Positions 1-9,477 are shown, numbered from the stretch's first letter. The stretch is DNA of 32,000 nucleotides from an uncultured bacterium (GCA_963699255.1 OY969425.1:1170001-1202000); one strand, 5' to 3'. The notes: a model not told the origin generated them from the sequence alone. Translations and numbers: made by a program.

Positions 1-533
1 AAACAGCCCCTGATTATATGAGATTCAAGTTTATGAAGAACGGCATATCCCCGAGGGGCATACCGGGTTACGGAGACAGCCTTGTGGTCGCGGACAGCGA
101 CGAACATAATGAGGAAGGACACATAACCGAGGACCTTGAGATAAGGCGGAAAATGGTCGACAAGAGAATGGCGAAGCTGGAAGAGATAAAGAAAGAATGC
201 TTCGATCCGGACCTTATCGGCGAAAATAATTATCAAACTCTCGTCGTTTGCTGGGGATCGAATCTGAACATGGTCAAAGACGCGGTGCGAGAACTGGGCG
301 CCAAGGGCGTTTCGATACTTCATTTTACCCAGACATTCCCGCTGCACGCTGACACGTTGAAATACCTGGAAAAGGCAAAAAAGGTCGTGATGATCGAGAA
401 TAACGCGACATCGCAGTTCGCGAACCTGATCAAGCTTTCAACAGGATATGATATTAAAGAAAGAATACTCAAATACGACGGGCTTCCCTTCAGCGTTGAA
501 GAGCTGAAGGCGGAACTTGAAAGGATAGTTTAA
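1..533 (+). CDS. 2-oxoacid:ferredoxin oxidoreductase alpha subunit (KorA/OorA type), C-terminal part. The 5' end lies upstream of the window and the frame is open from nt 3.
   Basis: No stop between the window edge and 531-533. The translation (GISPRGIPGYGDS, SDEHNEEGHITED, VVCWGSN, ENNATSQFANLIK) resembles the C-terminal domains of OFOR alpha subunits. The TPP-binding beta subunit follows immediately. Confidence 0.8.
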   Translation, partial: TAPDYMRFKFMKNGISPRGIPGYGDSLVVADSDEHNEEGHITEDLEIRRKMVDKRMAKLEEIKKECFDPDLIGENNYQTLVVCWGSNLNMVKDAVRELGAKGVSILHFTQTFPLHADTLKYLEKAKKVVMIENNATSQFANLIKLSTGYDIKERILKYDGLPFSVEELKAELERIV

Positions 534-1400
534 GTGGCCGACAAGAAAATATATGATATGGGGGACATAGACATAGCCTGGTGCCCGGGCTGCGGCAATT
601 TCGGGATCCTGAACGCGCTGAAAGAAGCGCTCGCCGAACTTGATATTGCGCCGCGCGATCTTGTGATCGCATCCGGCATAGGCCAGGCCGCCAAAATACC
701 CCATTACATCAAGTGCAACGCGTTCAACGGTCTTCACGGGAGGGCGGTGTCCCCCGCCACGGCGATAAAAGCGGCGAATCCTTCGATGGTAGTTATAGCG
801 GAATCGGGGGACGGCGACATGTATGGCGAAGGAGGGAACCATTTCATTCATGCGATAAGGAGGAACCCCGATATCGCATGCCTTATACATGATAATATGG
901 TGTACGGCCTCACAAAGGGCCAGGCCTCGCCGACGAGCCAGAAAGGGTTCAAGACACCCATTCAGGTGGATGGGGTCGCGTCGGAGCCTTTCAATCCGCT
1001 GGCGGTCGCGATAGCGCTTGACGCCTCTTTCGTCGCAAGGACTTTCGTGGGTGAGCCCGCGAAGACAAAAGAGATAATAAAACAGGCGATATCCCACAGG
1101 GGATTCGCCGTGGTCGACATTTTCCAGCCGTGCGTTTCGTTCAATAAGGTCAATACATATCAATGGTTCAGGGACAACACATACTGGCTCCCCGAAGCTC
1201 ACGATCCTCAAGACAGGGTCGGCGCTTTCCGGAGGGCGATCGAATCCGAAAAGCTTGCGCTCGGCGTGTTCTACGTCAACAAGAACAAACCGGTCTTCGA
1301 AGAAACGCTCGCGGCATACAGGTCAATCAGGGACCCGCTATTCACGCGTGAGCTTAACAAGGAAAAACTAAAAGAAATAATAGCGTCTAAAAGGTGGTGA
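534..1400 (+). CDS. 2-oxoacid:ferredoxin oxidoreductase beta subunit (TPP-binding, KorB type)
   Basis: GTG start directly after the upstream TAA, with a GAAAGGA SD about 8 nt upstream. Carries the WCPGCGNFG cysteine motif and the GDGD...GGNH thiamine-diphosphate motif. Confidence 0.88.
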   Translation: MADKKIYDMGDIDIAWCPGCGNFGILNALKEALAELDIAPRDLVIASGIGQAAKIPHYIKCNAFNGLHGRAVSPATAIKAANPSMVVIAESGDGDMYGEGGNHFIHAIRRNPDIACLIHDNMVYGLTKGQASPTSQKGFKTPIQVDGVASEPFNPLAVAIALDASFVARTFVGEPAKTKEIIKQAISHRGFAVVDIFQPCVSFNKVNTYQWFRDNTYWLPEAHDPQDRVGAFRRAIESEKLALGVFYVNKNKPVFEETLAAYRSIRDPLFTRELNKEKLKEIIASKRW

Positions 1401-1403
1401 GAT

Positions 1404-1592
1404 ATGTCAATATCTGAAATTGTGATCGAAGATGGGTGCATTTCCTGTGAACTCTGCGAGCAGGTGTGCCCGGAAGTTTTTGAGGTCGAAGAGATCGCTG
1501 TCGTTAAGCCAGGGGTTGATCTTAACGCCTACGAGGATAAAATAAGGGAAGCGGCCGACAGCTGCCCCGTCTCGGTAATCTCGGTATCATAG
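1404..1592 (+). CDS. Small single-cluster ferredoxin (62 aa), probable redox partner of the OFOR
   Basis: CISCELCEQVCP ... DSCPV gives a CxxCxxC...CP pattern. Strong SD (AAGGTGGTGA) upstream. Lies 3 nt after the OFOR beta gene. Confidence 0.85.
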   Translation: MSISEIVIEDGCISCELCEQVCPEVFEVEEIAVVKPGVDLNAYEDKIREAADSCPVSVISVS

Positions 1593-1708
1593 CGCAGTTC
1601 TTTTTTTGACGTTGAAGGACCGGCGCCTCAACAAACCGCGCACATCATCGACAGTGACCCCGAATAGAATTCATTGAAATTATTTCCAATAAATGACGAT
1701 TATATGGC

Positions 1709-2515
1709 ATGGTAATGCCAGTATCAGAGAACACTCATATCAACGGCATCGGCATGACCGCTCCAAGGAAATTCCGGGTGCGGACGGGGAAATACGGATT
1801 TGTCCTGAAGCAGGGTTTTGATATAGCGCGCGCCACATACTACCTTAACATAATGGGAAAAGAGCATGAAATATCGGACAGCAAATACGTTATCATATTC
1901 GCCCCATATAAGCGGATATACCTTGCGACGAACCATAATGCCGCCATTTTCTTCGCCTTCCTTGAAAAACAGAGCGGCCGCGTCAAAGGCAATGAGAACT
2001 GGCTGCATATAGACAAATATAAACACCCGGACAACAAGCCGACGCAATTTGAAAATCTTTTATCGCCTTCCACGGACTTCGATGAACTGCGAGATAATCT
2101 CAATTATTTCAGGAAATATACTTCTTTGAACAAAGAAGGGATCCATGTGGCCAATTTCATGTCGGGCGTGGCGCAAATGTACCCGGCCATGGATTTCATT
2201 TTTCTGCACAACGATTGCAAGCCCGGCAAGTCTGCGGCCGATTGGGGAGGAATGCGATTTTCCAAAGTCATCCCTCTCCTTGAATGCGACGGCTCATTAT
2301 TGAACGGACGGAGGAACATCATGAGCATCGATCTGGACCTGCTGGGATATGCCAGCCCTCTCACCGACAGGACCGCCGCCATGATGAAAGAAAAGCTGCT
2401 AATGCTGGCAAAAGAAAGCAGGCTGATAATGCTCTTCACAAGTCCGGGATACATGAGCCATGCCGGCGGCAAAACATGGATGGAAGAAATGGTAAACGAG
2501 ATTATCAACGGCTAG
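1709..2515 (+). CDS. Hypothetical protein (268 aa); possibly UPF0489-like, unverified
   Basis: Long ORF with no competing ORF of similar quality. The spaced NHNAA ... WLHIDKYKHPD ... MSIDLDLLG motifs recall the NHN / H-x-D-x-H-x-D / IDLD pattern I associate with UPF0489. This comes from memory only. No obvious SD. Confidence 0.65.
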   Translation: MVMPVSENTHINGIGMTAPRKFRVRTGKYGFVLKQGFDIARATYYLNIMGKEHEISDSKYVIIFAPYKRIYLATNHNAAIFFAFLEKQSGRVKGNENWLHIDKYKHPDNKPTQFENLLSPSTDFDELRDNLNYFRKYTSLNKEGIHVANFMSGVAQMYPAMDFIFLHNDCKPGKSAADWGGMRFSKVIPLLECDGSLLNGRRNIMSIDLDLLGYASPLTDRTAAMMKEKLLMLAKESRLIMLFTSPGYMSHAGGKTWMEEMVNEIING

Positions 2516-2594
2516 CGATCCGCCGCCGGCGATAATTACATTCCCTTTCCCATGCTTAAGTGCATCTTCATTATTTTAATGTTAAAATATTCCC

Positions 2595-3200
2595 ATGAGC
2601 TCCATTGCATATCAGATAGGCAATTCCTTATATCTTAATATAACCAACCGCTGCACGAATAAGTGCGTGTTCTGCATACGCTACAAGACGAACCTTTTTA
2701 ACAGCAAGCATGATCTGTGGCTTAAGAAAGAACCGACAACGCAGGAGATCATCGAGGCTATCGGCGATCCCGCAAAATACAAGGAGGTGGTCTTCTGCGG
2801 TTACGGCGAACCGCTCATCAGGCTCGACACCGTCATTGAAGTGAGCCGGTGGCTGAAGGATAAGGGCGCAAAAGTAAGGATCGATACCAACGGCCACGGC
2901 AACCTGATACACAAAAGGAATATCGTTCCCGACCTCAAGGGATTTGTCGACTCGATATCTATCAGCCTTAACGCGGTTAACAGGAAAGAATATAATGACA
3001 TATGCCGCCCTGATTTTGGCGAAGATGCTTTTGATGCTATAATCGAATTTACAAAGGAATGCAAAAAATATATCCCGAATGTTGAGCTGACGGTAGTGGG
3101 AATTCCCAAGGTCGACGTGAAAGAAGCAAAGAAGATCGCCGAAGGACTTGGGGTTTCGTTCAGGGTGAGAACTTATTACGAAAAGGATTATATAAAATGA
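2595..3200 (+). CDS. Small radical SAM protein (about 200 aa; resembles the TatD-associated radical SAM subfamily)
   Basis: CTNKCVFC is the CxxxCxxC radical-SAM cluster motif, near the N-terminus after LYLNITNRC. Also has a GYGEP SAM-binding-like motif. The short length fits the small stand-alone rSAM family. Confidence 0.8.
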   Translation: MSSIAYQIGNSLYLNITNRCTNKCVFCIRYKTNLFNSKHDLWLKKEPTTQEIIEAIGDPAKYKEVVFCGYGEPLIRLDTVIEVSRWLKDKGAKVRIDTNGHGNLIHKRNIVPDLKGFVDSISISLNAVNRKEYNDICRPDFGEDAFDAIIEFTKECKKYIPNVELTVVGIPKVDVKEAKKIAEGLGVSFRVRTYYEKDYIK

Positions 3201-3222
3201 GATGCGAGATGAGAGATAAGAA
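3199..3222. repeat. Short copy of the GAGATG-word repeat family filling the rSAM-lpd spacer
   Basis: The sequence gagatgcgagatgagagataagaa spans the rSAM stop and ends at the lpd ATG. It uses the same vocabulary as 9469-9501 and 21125-21157. Confidence 0.5.
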
Positions 3223-4536
3223 ATGAATTATGATATTGCTATTATAGGCTCGGGCCCCGGCGGATATACCGCCGCCATAAGGGCCGCGCAGCTCGGGAAA
3301 AAGGTCGCGTTGATCGAAAAGGGAGATGTCGGGGGATCCTGCCTGAACACCGGCTGCGTCCCGACCAAAGCGCTTTTTTCGTGCGCTAAGCTTTACTCAA
3401 AGATGAAAAGCGCCGAGAAATTCGGGATCAGCGCCGAGAACCTGTACGCGAACTTCCCGAAGATGATCGAGAGGAAGAACAGGATAGTCAACCAGCTGAG
3501 AAAAGGCCTTGAGTATCTTTTCAAAGGCAACAACATCGACCTGGTAAGGGGCGAGGCGAAGCTGAACGGCCCCGAGCAGATAGTGGTCGGCGATCAGGTG
3601 ATAGAAGCGCCGCACATCATACTTGCGACCGGGTCAACGATACCGGACAGACCGCCGTTCAAAATAGACGAGAAAAAGATATTTTCAAGCACGGGGATCC
3701 TCAACCTCGGAACTTTCCCCAAAAACATAGCGATAATAGGAGCCGGCGCCATAGGGATCGAATTCACATCCATATTCAACGCGCTGGGATCTAAGGTTAC
3801 CCTGTTCGAAATGATGCCGCGCATAATGCCCGCCGAAGACGCAGAGCTGTCACAGGCCCTTGAGCAGCTGCTGTCAAGAAAGGGCGTGGAGGTAAGGACA
3901 GGATCAAGCCTTGAGGATGCCGGCGGCTATGAAGCTGTCCTTGTAAGCATAGGCAGGAAGCTGAACACCGAAGGCTTTGAAAGGATCGGCATCGAGCTGA
4001 ACAAAGGAAAAGTCAAGGTGAACGAAAAGATGCAGACGAACATTTCGAATGTCTATGCGATCGGCGACATCGCGGGGAAATACATGTTCGCTCACACGGC
4101 GGCCAGGGAAGGCATAGTCGCGGCTGAGAACGCTTGCGGAAAAAGCGCCAGGATGGACTATACCGCGGTGCCGAAATGCGTTTACTCCCAGCCGGAGATA
4201 GCATCGGCAGGCTTAACGGAAGAAGAAGCAAGGTCAAGCCACAAAGATATTCAGATCGGGAAAGTCCCGTTCAGCGCGTTCTCCAAGTCGCTAATCGACG
4301 ATGAAAGGGACGGATTCGTAAAGTTGGTCGCCGACCGATCGGGAAAGATACTCGGCATACACATATTGGGGAACAACGCTACCGAGATGATCGGCGAAGC
4401 GGCACTGGCGATAAACAAAGGATTGAAGATCGAAGACATGATCTCGACGATCCACGCTCATCCTACCGTTTATGAATCGATGGGCGAAGCCGCCGCCAAT
4501 ACCCTTAAACAGGCTATATCAATATTAAATAAATGA
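3223..4536 (+). CDS. lpd: Dihydrolipoyl dehydrogenase (E3-type pyridine nucleotide-disulfide oxidoreductase)
   Basis: GSGPGGY FAD site, GGSCLNTGCVPTK redox-active disulfide, GAGAIGIEF NAD site and a C-terminal HAHPTVYE His-Glu motif. Confidence 0.88.
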   Translation: MNYDIAIIGSGPGGYTAAIRAAQLGKKVALIEKGDVGGSCLNTGCVPTKALFSCAKLYSKMKSAEKFGISAENLYANFPKMIERKNRIVNQLRKGLEYLFKGNNIDLVRGEAKLNGPEQIVVGDQVIEAPHIILATGSTIPDRPPFKIDEKKIFSSTGILNLGTFPKNIAIIGAGAIGIEFTSIFNALGSKVTLFEMMPRIMPAEDAELSQALEQLLSRKGVEVRTGSSLEDAGGYEAVLVSIGRKLNTEGFERIGIELNKGKVKVNEKMQTNISNVYAIGDIAGKYMFAHTAAREGIVAAENACGKSARMDYTAVPKCVYSQPEIASAGLTEEEARSSHKDIQIGKVPFSAFSKSLIDDERDGFVKLVADRSGKILGIHILGNNATEMIGEAALAINKGLKIEDMISTIHAHPTVYESMGEAAANTLKQAISILNK

Positions 4537-4540
4537 TATT

Positions 4541-4676
4541 GGGAACACGGGAAAGAAGGAATATAGGGATACAGTTTGGGGAAATAGGAAATCGGGAATT
4601 TAGGTTTTCCCTGTATTTCCCAATTCCTTTATCCCTAAACTATATCCCAATATTCCTGTTTTCCATATTTCCAAAA
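4541..4676. repeat. Long imperfect inverted repeat built from GGGAA/GGAAAT words (left arm) and TTCCC/ATTTCC words (right arm) between lpd and lipA
   Basis: Core arms 4557-4604 and 4610-4657 are complementary at 37 of 48 positions in an ungapped hand alignment, or 40 of 48 allowing G:U. Weaker complementarity continues outward. Confidence 0.8.
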
Positions 4677-4693
4677 GGAAATAGTAAATACTA

Positions 4694-5524
4694 ATGCTCC
4701 CTCAATGGTTAATCAAGAAAACTCCTAAACAGGAAAACATTAAAAAGATCAGAAGCCTGATAGGCGACAAGGTGCACACCGTCTGCGAGTCCGCAAAGTG
4801 CCCCAATATAGGCGAGTGCTACAGCAACAGGACCGTCACCTTCATGATCCTTGGGAATATCTGCACAAGAGGATGCGGATTCTGCGCGGTAGAATGCGGC
4901 TCCCCCACCCCGCCTGACGCGGAAGAACCGCGGCGTGTTGCGGACGCGGCAGCGAAGCTCGGATTGAAATACATTGTCGTAACATCTGTCACCAGGGATG
5001 ATCTTCCCGACGGCGGCGCAGGTCAATTCGCAAGAACGATCAATGAATTGCGGTCAGCGATACCGGATGCCAAGATCGAGGTCCTGATACCGGACCTAAA
5101 CGGCAATGAAGATCACTTAAAGATGGTTGTTGACGCGAAGCCGGACGTTTTGAACCATAATATCGAAATGGTACCCAGGCTTTACGCCGTCCTCAGGCCC
5201 AGATCAAATTATCAAACTTCAATAAATGTCCTGAAAGCGGTAAAGAGGATCGATAACGGCACGGTGGTAAAATCCGGTTTTATGCTCGGGCTGGGCGAAA
5301 AAGAGAACGAAATGCTCGATCTGATGAAAGAGCTAAGGTCGGCCGGATGCGACATTGTCACCATAGGCCAATACATCGCCCCTTCACAAGAACACGCAAA
5401 AGTTGTAGAATATATCCATCCGGAAAAATTCGATGAGTACAGGAATTTCGGATTATCCATCGGGATAAAAAAAGTGATCTCCGGACCGTTCGTTAGAAGT
5501 TCATATATTGCAGGGAGCTATTGA
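4694..5524 (+). CDS. lipA: Lipoyl synthase
   Basis: CESAKCPNIGEC auxiliary-cluster motif and CTRGCGFC radical-SAM motif. Length and the C-terminal RSSY motif are typical of LipA. Confidence 0.93.
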   Translation: MLPQWLIKKTPKQENIKKIRSLIGDKVHTVCESAKCPNIGECYSNRTVTFMILGNICTRGCGFCAVECGSPTPPDAEEPRRVADAAAKLGLKYIVVTSVTRDDLPDGGAGQFARTINELRSAIPDAKIEVLIPDLNGNEDHLKMVVDAKPDVLNHNIEMVPRLYAVLRPRSNYQTSINVLKAVKRIDNGTVVKSGFMLGLGEKENEMLDLMKELRSAGCDIVTIGQYIAPSQEHAKVVEYIHPEKFDEYRNFGLSIGIKKVISGPFVRSSYIAGSY

Positions 5525-6690
5525 TGGAGGAAGCGGAAAGACTACAGAAACTACCAACCTATATCTTCGCAAAGCAGGATAAGTTGAAGGCCGAAGCAAG
5601 GAAACACGGCGCGGACCTGATAGATCTCGGTCTGGGAAGCCCGGACGTACCCCCGCCGAAAGAAGTTATCGATGAAATGGTCGCGGCGCTCAAAGACCCT
5701 GCCAATCACAGGTATCCCCCGTTCGATGGCTCACAGGAATTCAGGCACGCCATTGTTAACTGGATGAAACGGCAGTACAACGTCCATGTGAGCGAAGAAG
5801 AAGTTGTCCCTTTGATAGGTTCAAAAGAAGGAATTGTACATCTGCAGTTAGCTTACCTGAATCCCGGCGATACAACTCTTGTGCCGATGCCCGCGTATCC
5901 GGCCCATTTCAATGGCGCGATACTTGCAGGCGCCGAGCCCGTGGTCATTCCTACAACGGAAAAAACTGATTTTATCCCGAACCTTAAAATAATCGATGAG
6001 GCGATCGCAAGACGGGCAAAAATGCTTTTCCTGTCCTATCCGACCAATCCTACCGGCGCCACTGTCCCCCTATCATTTTTCGAGGAAGCCGTTGCTTTCG
6101 CGAAGAAATACGATCTTCTGCTTGTGCACGATTTCGCATACGCGGAGCTTTACTTTGACGGGCATAAGCCGCCGAGCATCCTTACGGTCCCCGGAGCAAA
6201 GGACGTCGCGGTCGAGTTCCATACTCTCTCGAAGACATTCGGCATGGCGGGGTGGAGATGCGGATTCGCCGTCGGGAACAATAAATACATTGAATCGCTA
6301 AGAAAGATCAAGACCAACATGGATTATGGACTTTTCTCGGCGATCCAGAAAGCTTCGATCAAGGCTTTGACCATAAACAACGGTTATATAGACAATGTTA
6401 GAGCGACCTATCAGAAAAGAAGGGACCTTGTCATAGAAAGGCTTAAAGATCTCGGATGGAACATACAGAAGCCGAAAGGCGCCATGTACGTTTGGCTCCC
6501 GGTACCCAGAGGCTTTAATTCATACGACTGGATGATCTATTTATTGGAAAAAGCAGGCGTTGTGGTAACGCCCGGCATCGCTTTCGGAGAGCTCGGAGAG
6601 GGATACGCCAGGATATCATTGATCGACAACGAAACAAATCTTAACAGAGCTTTTGACAGGATGAAGAAAGCCGGGGTCAGGTATGGATAG
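5524..6690 (+). CDS. Class I/II PLP-dependent aminotransferase (aspartate/alanine/LL-DAP aminotransferase-like)
   Basis: N-terminal LPTYIFAKQDKLK...DLIDLGLGSPD, then NPTG and the SKTFGMAGWRCG PLP-lysine motif. The ATG at 5524 overlaps the lipA TGA (TGATG) and has an AGGGAG SD 6 nt upstream. The ORF track's TTG at 5521 is less likely. Confidence 0.85.
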   Translation: MEEAERLQKLPTYIFAKQDKLKAEARKHGADLIDLGLGSPDVPPPKEVIDEMVAALKDPANHRYPPFDGSQEFRHAIVNWMKRQYNVHVSEEEVVPLIGSKEGIVHLQLAYLNPGDTTLVPMPAYPAHFNGAILAGAEPVVIPTTEKTDFIPNLKIIDEAIARRAKMLFLSYPTNPTGATVPLSFFEEAVAFAKKYDLLLVHDFAYAELYFDGHKPPSILTVPGAKDVAVEFHTLSKTFGMAGWRCGFAVGNNKYIESLRKIKTNMDYGLFSAIQKASIKALTINNGYIDNVRATYQKRRDLVIERLKDLGWNIQKPKGAMYVWLPVPRGFNSYDWMIYLLEKAGVVVTPGIAFGELGEGYARISLIDNETNLNRAFDRMKKAGVRYG

Positions 6691-7684
6691 GCCCATCATT
6701 GCCGTAACAATGGGGGACGCTTCCGGCATCGGCCCGGAAATAATAGTCAAGGCTTTCCAGAACGCTGAGATACAGAACGTCGCGCGCCCTATCGTCATCG
6801 GCGACGCGCGCATAATGAAAGCCGCCCTTAAATTCGCAAAAGGCCAGCCGCCCGAGATAAACGCGGTAAAAAGCATTAAAGAAGCGAGGTTCTTAAGGGA
6901 CCTGATAGATGTGCTTGATCTCGGGAACCTTGAACCGTCAAAGGTTAAGACAGGCCAGATATGCGCGCCGTGCGGGAAAGCCGCGATCGAATATCTGGAA
7001 AAAGCCATAGCGCTCGCGATCAACAATGATGTTGACGCTATCGCCACGGCTCCGATAAACAAGGAAGCCATACGCAAAGCGGGCTACAAGTTCCCCGGCC
7101 ACACGGAGCTGCTCGCAAAAAGGACCAAGTCCAAGAATTACGCCATGATGTTCGTATCCGACCCGTTCTGGGTGATGCTTGTGACAACGCACCTTCCGCT
7201 GAGCAAAGTAAGCAAAGCGGTGACCAAAAAGAAAGTGCTCCAGACAATAAAGCTCGCTAACGAGTTCCTTTACAACCTGAGGGGAAAGAAGCCCAAGATA
7301 GGGGTCGCGGGCCTTAATCCCCACGCGGGCGAAGGCGGAATGTTCGGCAACGAGGAGAAAAAAGCCATAAAACCCGCGATCGAAGAGGCCCGGAAGATGG
7401 GAATAAACGTTAAAGGACCGATATCGCCTGACGGGATATTTTATCTTGCGAATGTCGGGCTGTTCGATATCGTGATCGCCATGTATCACGACCAGGGTCT
7501 CATCCCGCTCAAGCTTCTTTCCTTCAACAAGTCCGTTAATGTAACTGTGGGGCTGCCGATCATAAGGACATCCGTTGACCACGGGACCGGATTTGATATA
7601 GCGGGTAAAGGATGGGCGAACCCGACAAGCCTGATAGAAGCCATTAAAGTAGCCGCGCATTTCGCCAAGTCAAAAAAGCAGTAG
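6683..7684 (+). CDS. pdxA: 4-hydroxythreonine-4-phosphate dehydrogenase
   Basis: GDASGIGPEI, TAPINKEA, GHTE, NPHAGEGG, HDQGLIPLK and RTSVDHGT motifs. Overlaps the upstream gene by 8 nt. Confidence 0.9.
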   Translation: MDRPIIAVTMGDASGIGPEIIVKAFQNAEIQNVARPIVIGDARIMKAALKFAKGQPPEINAVKSIKEARFLRDLIDVLDLGNLEPSKVKTGQICAPCGKAAIEYLEKAIALAINNDVDAIATAPINKEAIRKAGYKFPGHTELLAKRTKSKNYAMMFVSDPFWVMLVTTHLPLSKVSKAVTKKKVLQTIKLANEFLYNLRGKKPKIGVAGLNPHAGEGGMFGNEEKKAIKPAIEEARKMGINVKGPISPDGIFYLANVGLFDIVIAMYHDQGLIPLKLLSFNKSVNVTVGLPIIRTSVDHGTGFDIAGKGWANPTSLIEAIKVAAHFAKSKKQ

Positions 7685-8487
7685 TGATCCGGGAAATCCT
7701 CCGAAAATCCGATATCAGGCCGAATAAAAGCTTTGGTCAGCATTTTTTGTCCGATAAAAATATACTGAACAAGATCGCTGATGCCGCAGTCATCACAAAG
7801 GACGATATTGTGCTTGAGGTCGGCACAGGCATAGGGACACTCACCAGGCCTCTCGCCTCGAAAGCAGGTTTCGTCGTGACCGTTGAAGTTGATAAAAAAC
7901 TGATCTCTCCTGCAAAGGAATCCCTTAAGGGATTTAAAAATATAGATATCATCAATGACGATATTATGAAGTGCAACATCCCGAAAATAATGGATGAGCA
8001 TCCTGGCTTTAAGCACAGGAAAGTCGTCGCCAATGTCCCCTACTATATTACAACCCCGCTTATATCCCTGCTCATCGGTTCAAAAGCGAAGTTCGAAACG
8101 ATAGTAATAACGATACAAAAAGAAGTAGCCGAGCGCATTATAAGCAAACCGGGAAATAAGCGGTACGGTTCATTAACGGTATTCGTTAACTATTACACCA
8201 GACCTGAAATAGTATTCGATATCCCCGCCTCCGCCTTTGTCCCTCCTCCGGAAGTCGACTCGGCGGTAATAAGGCTGACCGTTCTGGATAAACCTTCCGT
8301 AAAAGTAAAAGATGAAAAGCTGTTTTTCAGGATCGTCCGCGCGGCGTTCAATCAAAGGCGGAAAATGCTGAAGAACGCCCTTGAAGCCGCAAAGATCGAC
8401 TGGCCAGCCGGAACCGATATCGACGGCAAAAGACGCGGAGAAACCCTTTCAATAGAGGAATTCGCGAAGCTGGCCAATCTCTTCTGA
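7684..8487 (+). CDS. rsmA: 16S rRNA (adenine1518/1519-N6)-dimethyltransferase
   Basis: FGQHFL, the VLEVGTGIGTLT SAM-binding motif and NVPYYITTP. The GTG start overlaps the pdxA TAG by 1 nt. Confidence 0.9.
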   Translation: MIREILRKSDIRPNKSFGQHFLSDKNILNKIADAAVITKDDIVLEVGTGIGTLTRPLASKAGFVVTVEVDKKLISPAKESLKGFKNIDIINDDIMKCNIPKIMDEHPGFKHRKVVANVPYYITTPLISLLIGSKAKFETIVITIQKEVAERIISKPGNKRYGSLTVFVNYYTRPEIVFDIPASAFVPPPEVDSAVIRLTVLDKPSVKVKDEKLFFRIVRAAFNQRRKMLKNALEAAKIDWPAGTDIDGKRRGETLSIEEFAKLANLF

Positions 8488-8497
8488 CCTCACTCGC

Positions 8498-8526
8498 TTG
8501 AAGCATATCCATAATTCTGATAATAT
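8498..8526 (+). promoter_or_regulatory. Candidate sigma70-type promoter for the mdh-fumarase operon
   Basis: TTGAAG (8498-8503), a 17-nt spacer ending in TGa, then TAATAT (8521-8526). It lies about 30 nt upstream of the SD-led mdh start. Confidence 0.35.
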
Positions 8527-8556
8527 TTGAAGGTTATCCTTATAAAGGAGGTTATT

Positions 8557-9477
8557 TTGAAAGTATCGGTTTTCGGCGCGGGGAATGTGGGAGCGGAGGT
8601 CGCAAGGCGGATAGTTGAGAAAAAACTTGCTGATGTCGTTCTTGTGGACATTGTCGAAGGCATACCGCAGGGAAAAGCACTTGATATCCTTCAATCTGGT
8701 CCCGTAGAGGGATTTGACTGCAATATCAAAGGCACAAATGATCCGGCAGAGATCGAAAGTTCAGACATTGTTGTGGTAACCGCTGGCCTCGCAAGAAAAC
8801 CCGGCATGAGCAGGGATGACCTCCAGGCCGCGAACGCCAGGATCGTAAAGGGAATAACTGAAAATATCAAGAGGTCCGCGCCGAGATCAATATTAATAAT
8901 GGTCACAAATCCGCTGGATGTAATGACATATCTTGCCTGGAAAGTAAGCGGGTTCGAGAAACACAGGGTTTTCGGGATGGCCGGCGAACTAGATACTGCA
9001 AGGATGATAACTTTCATATCAATGGAAACGGGTGTTCCCGCGTCAAAAATAAAAGCCATGGTCCTGGGCGGACACGGGGACCTTATGGTGCCCCTTATCA
9101 GCCAGACAAGCGTGAACGGCAAACCCCTTCTCTCTTTGATGCCGAAGCAGAAGATCGATGAGATAGTAAAGCGCACAGCGAACGGAGGCGCTGAAATAGT
9201 CAATCTCCTGAAAACTGGAAGCGCATACTATGCCCCGTCCGCTTCAGCGGTTAAAATGGTCGAAGCGGTCATCAGGAACAAAGAATCCGTCATCCCCAGC
9301 GCCGTGATACTGGACGGCGAATACGGCCTGAAGGATGTCTGCATCGGCGTCCCGGCAAAGATCGGAAAAAAAGGCATCGAGAAGGTCGTTGAATTAAAGA
9401 TAACTGACGAGGAAAAAGCGATACTTGTAAAATCGGCCAATTCCGTTAAGGAGAATATCTCCAAATTAGAGATGTGA
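8557..9477 (+). CDS. mdh: Malate dehydrogenase (LDH-like MDH family)
   Basis: N-terminal KVSVFGAGNVG Rossmann motif, AGLARKPGMSRDDL (the Arg is typical of MDH specificity) and GGHGD. I place the start at TTG 8557, 5 nt after AAGGAGG (8545-8551). The ORF track's 8527 start would add 10 residues before the Rossmann fold. Confidence 0.9.
   Translation: MKVSVFGAGNVGAEVARRIVEKKLADVVLVDIVEGIPQGKALDILQSGPVEGFDCNIKGTNDPAEIESSDIVVVTAGLARKPGMSRDDLQAANARIVKGITENIKRSAPRSILIMVTNPLDVMTYLAWKVSGFEKHRVFGMAGELDTARMITFISMETGVPASKIKAMVLGGHGDLMVPLISQTSVNGKPLLSLMPKQKIDEIVKRTANGGAEIVNLLKTGSAYYAPSASAVKMVEAVIRNKESVIPSAVILDGEYGLKDVCIGVPAKIGKKGIEKVVELKITDEEKAILVKSANSVKENISKLEM

Noticed and set aside
438-1211. 257-aa antisense ORF opposite the OFOR beta gene. 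Similar long antisense ORFs occur at 6938-7660, 7486-8016, 8691-9203 and 23098-23883.
   Set aside because: Each lies entirely opposite a gene with strong, recognisable family motifs. Their translations are low-complexity (Arg/Ser/Pro-rich) and lack starts with an SD. They are typical shadow ORFs.
1593-1625. Intrinsic terminator after the ferredoxin gene (T7 run at about 1609-1615)
   Set aside because: I could not find a convincing GC-rich stem immediately upstream of the T-run.
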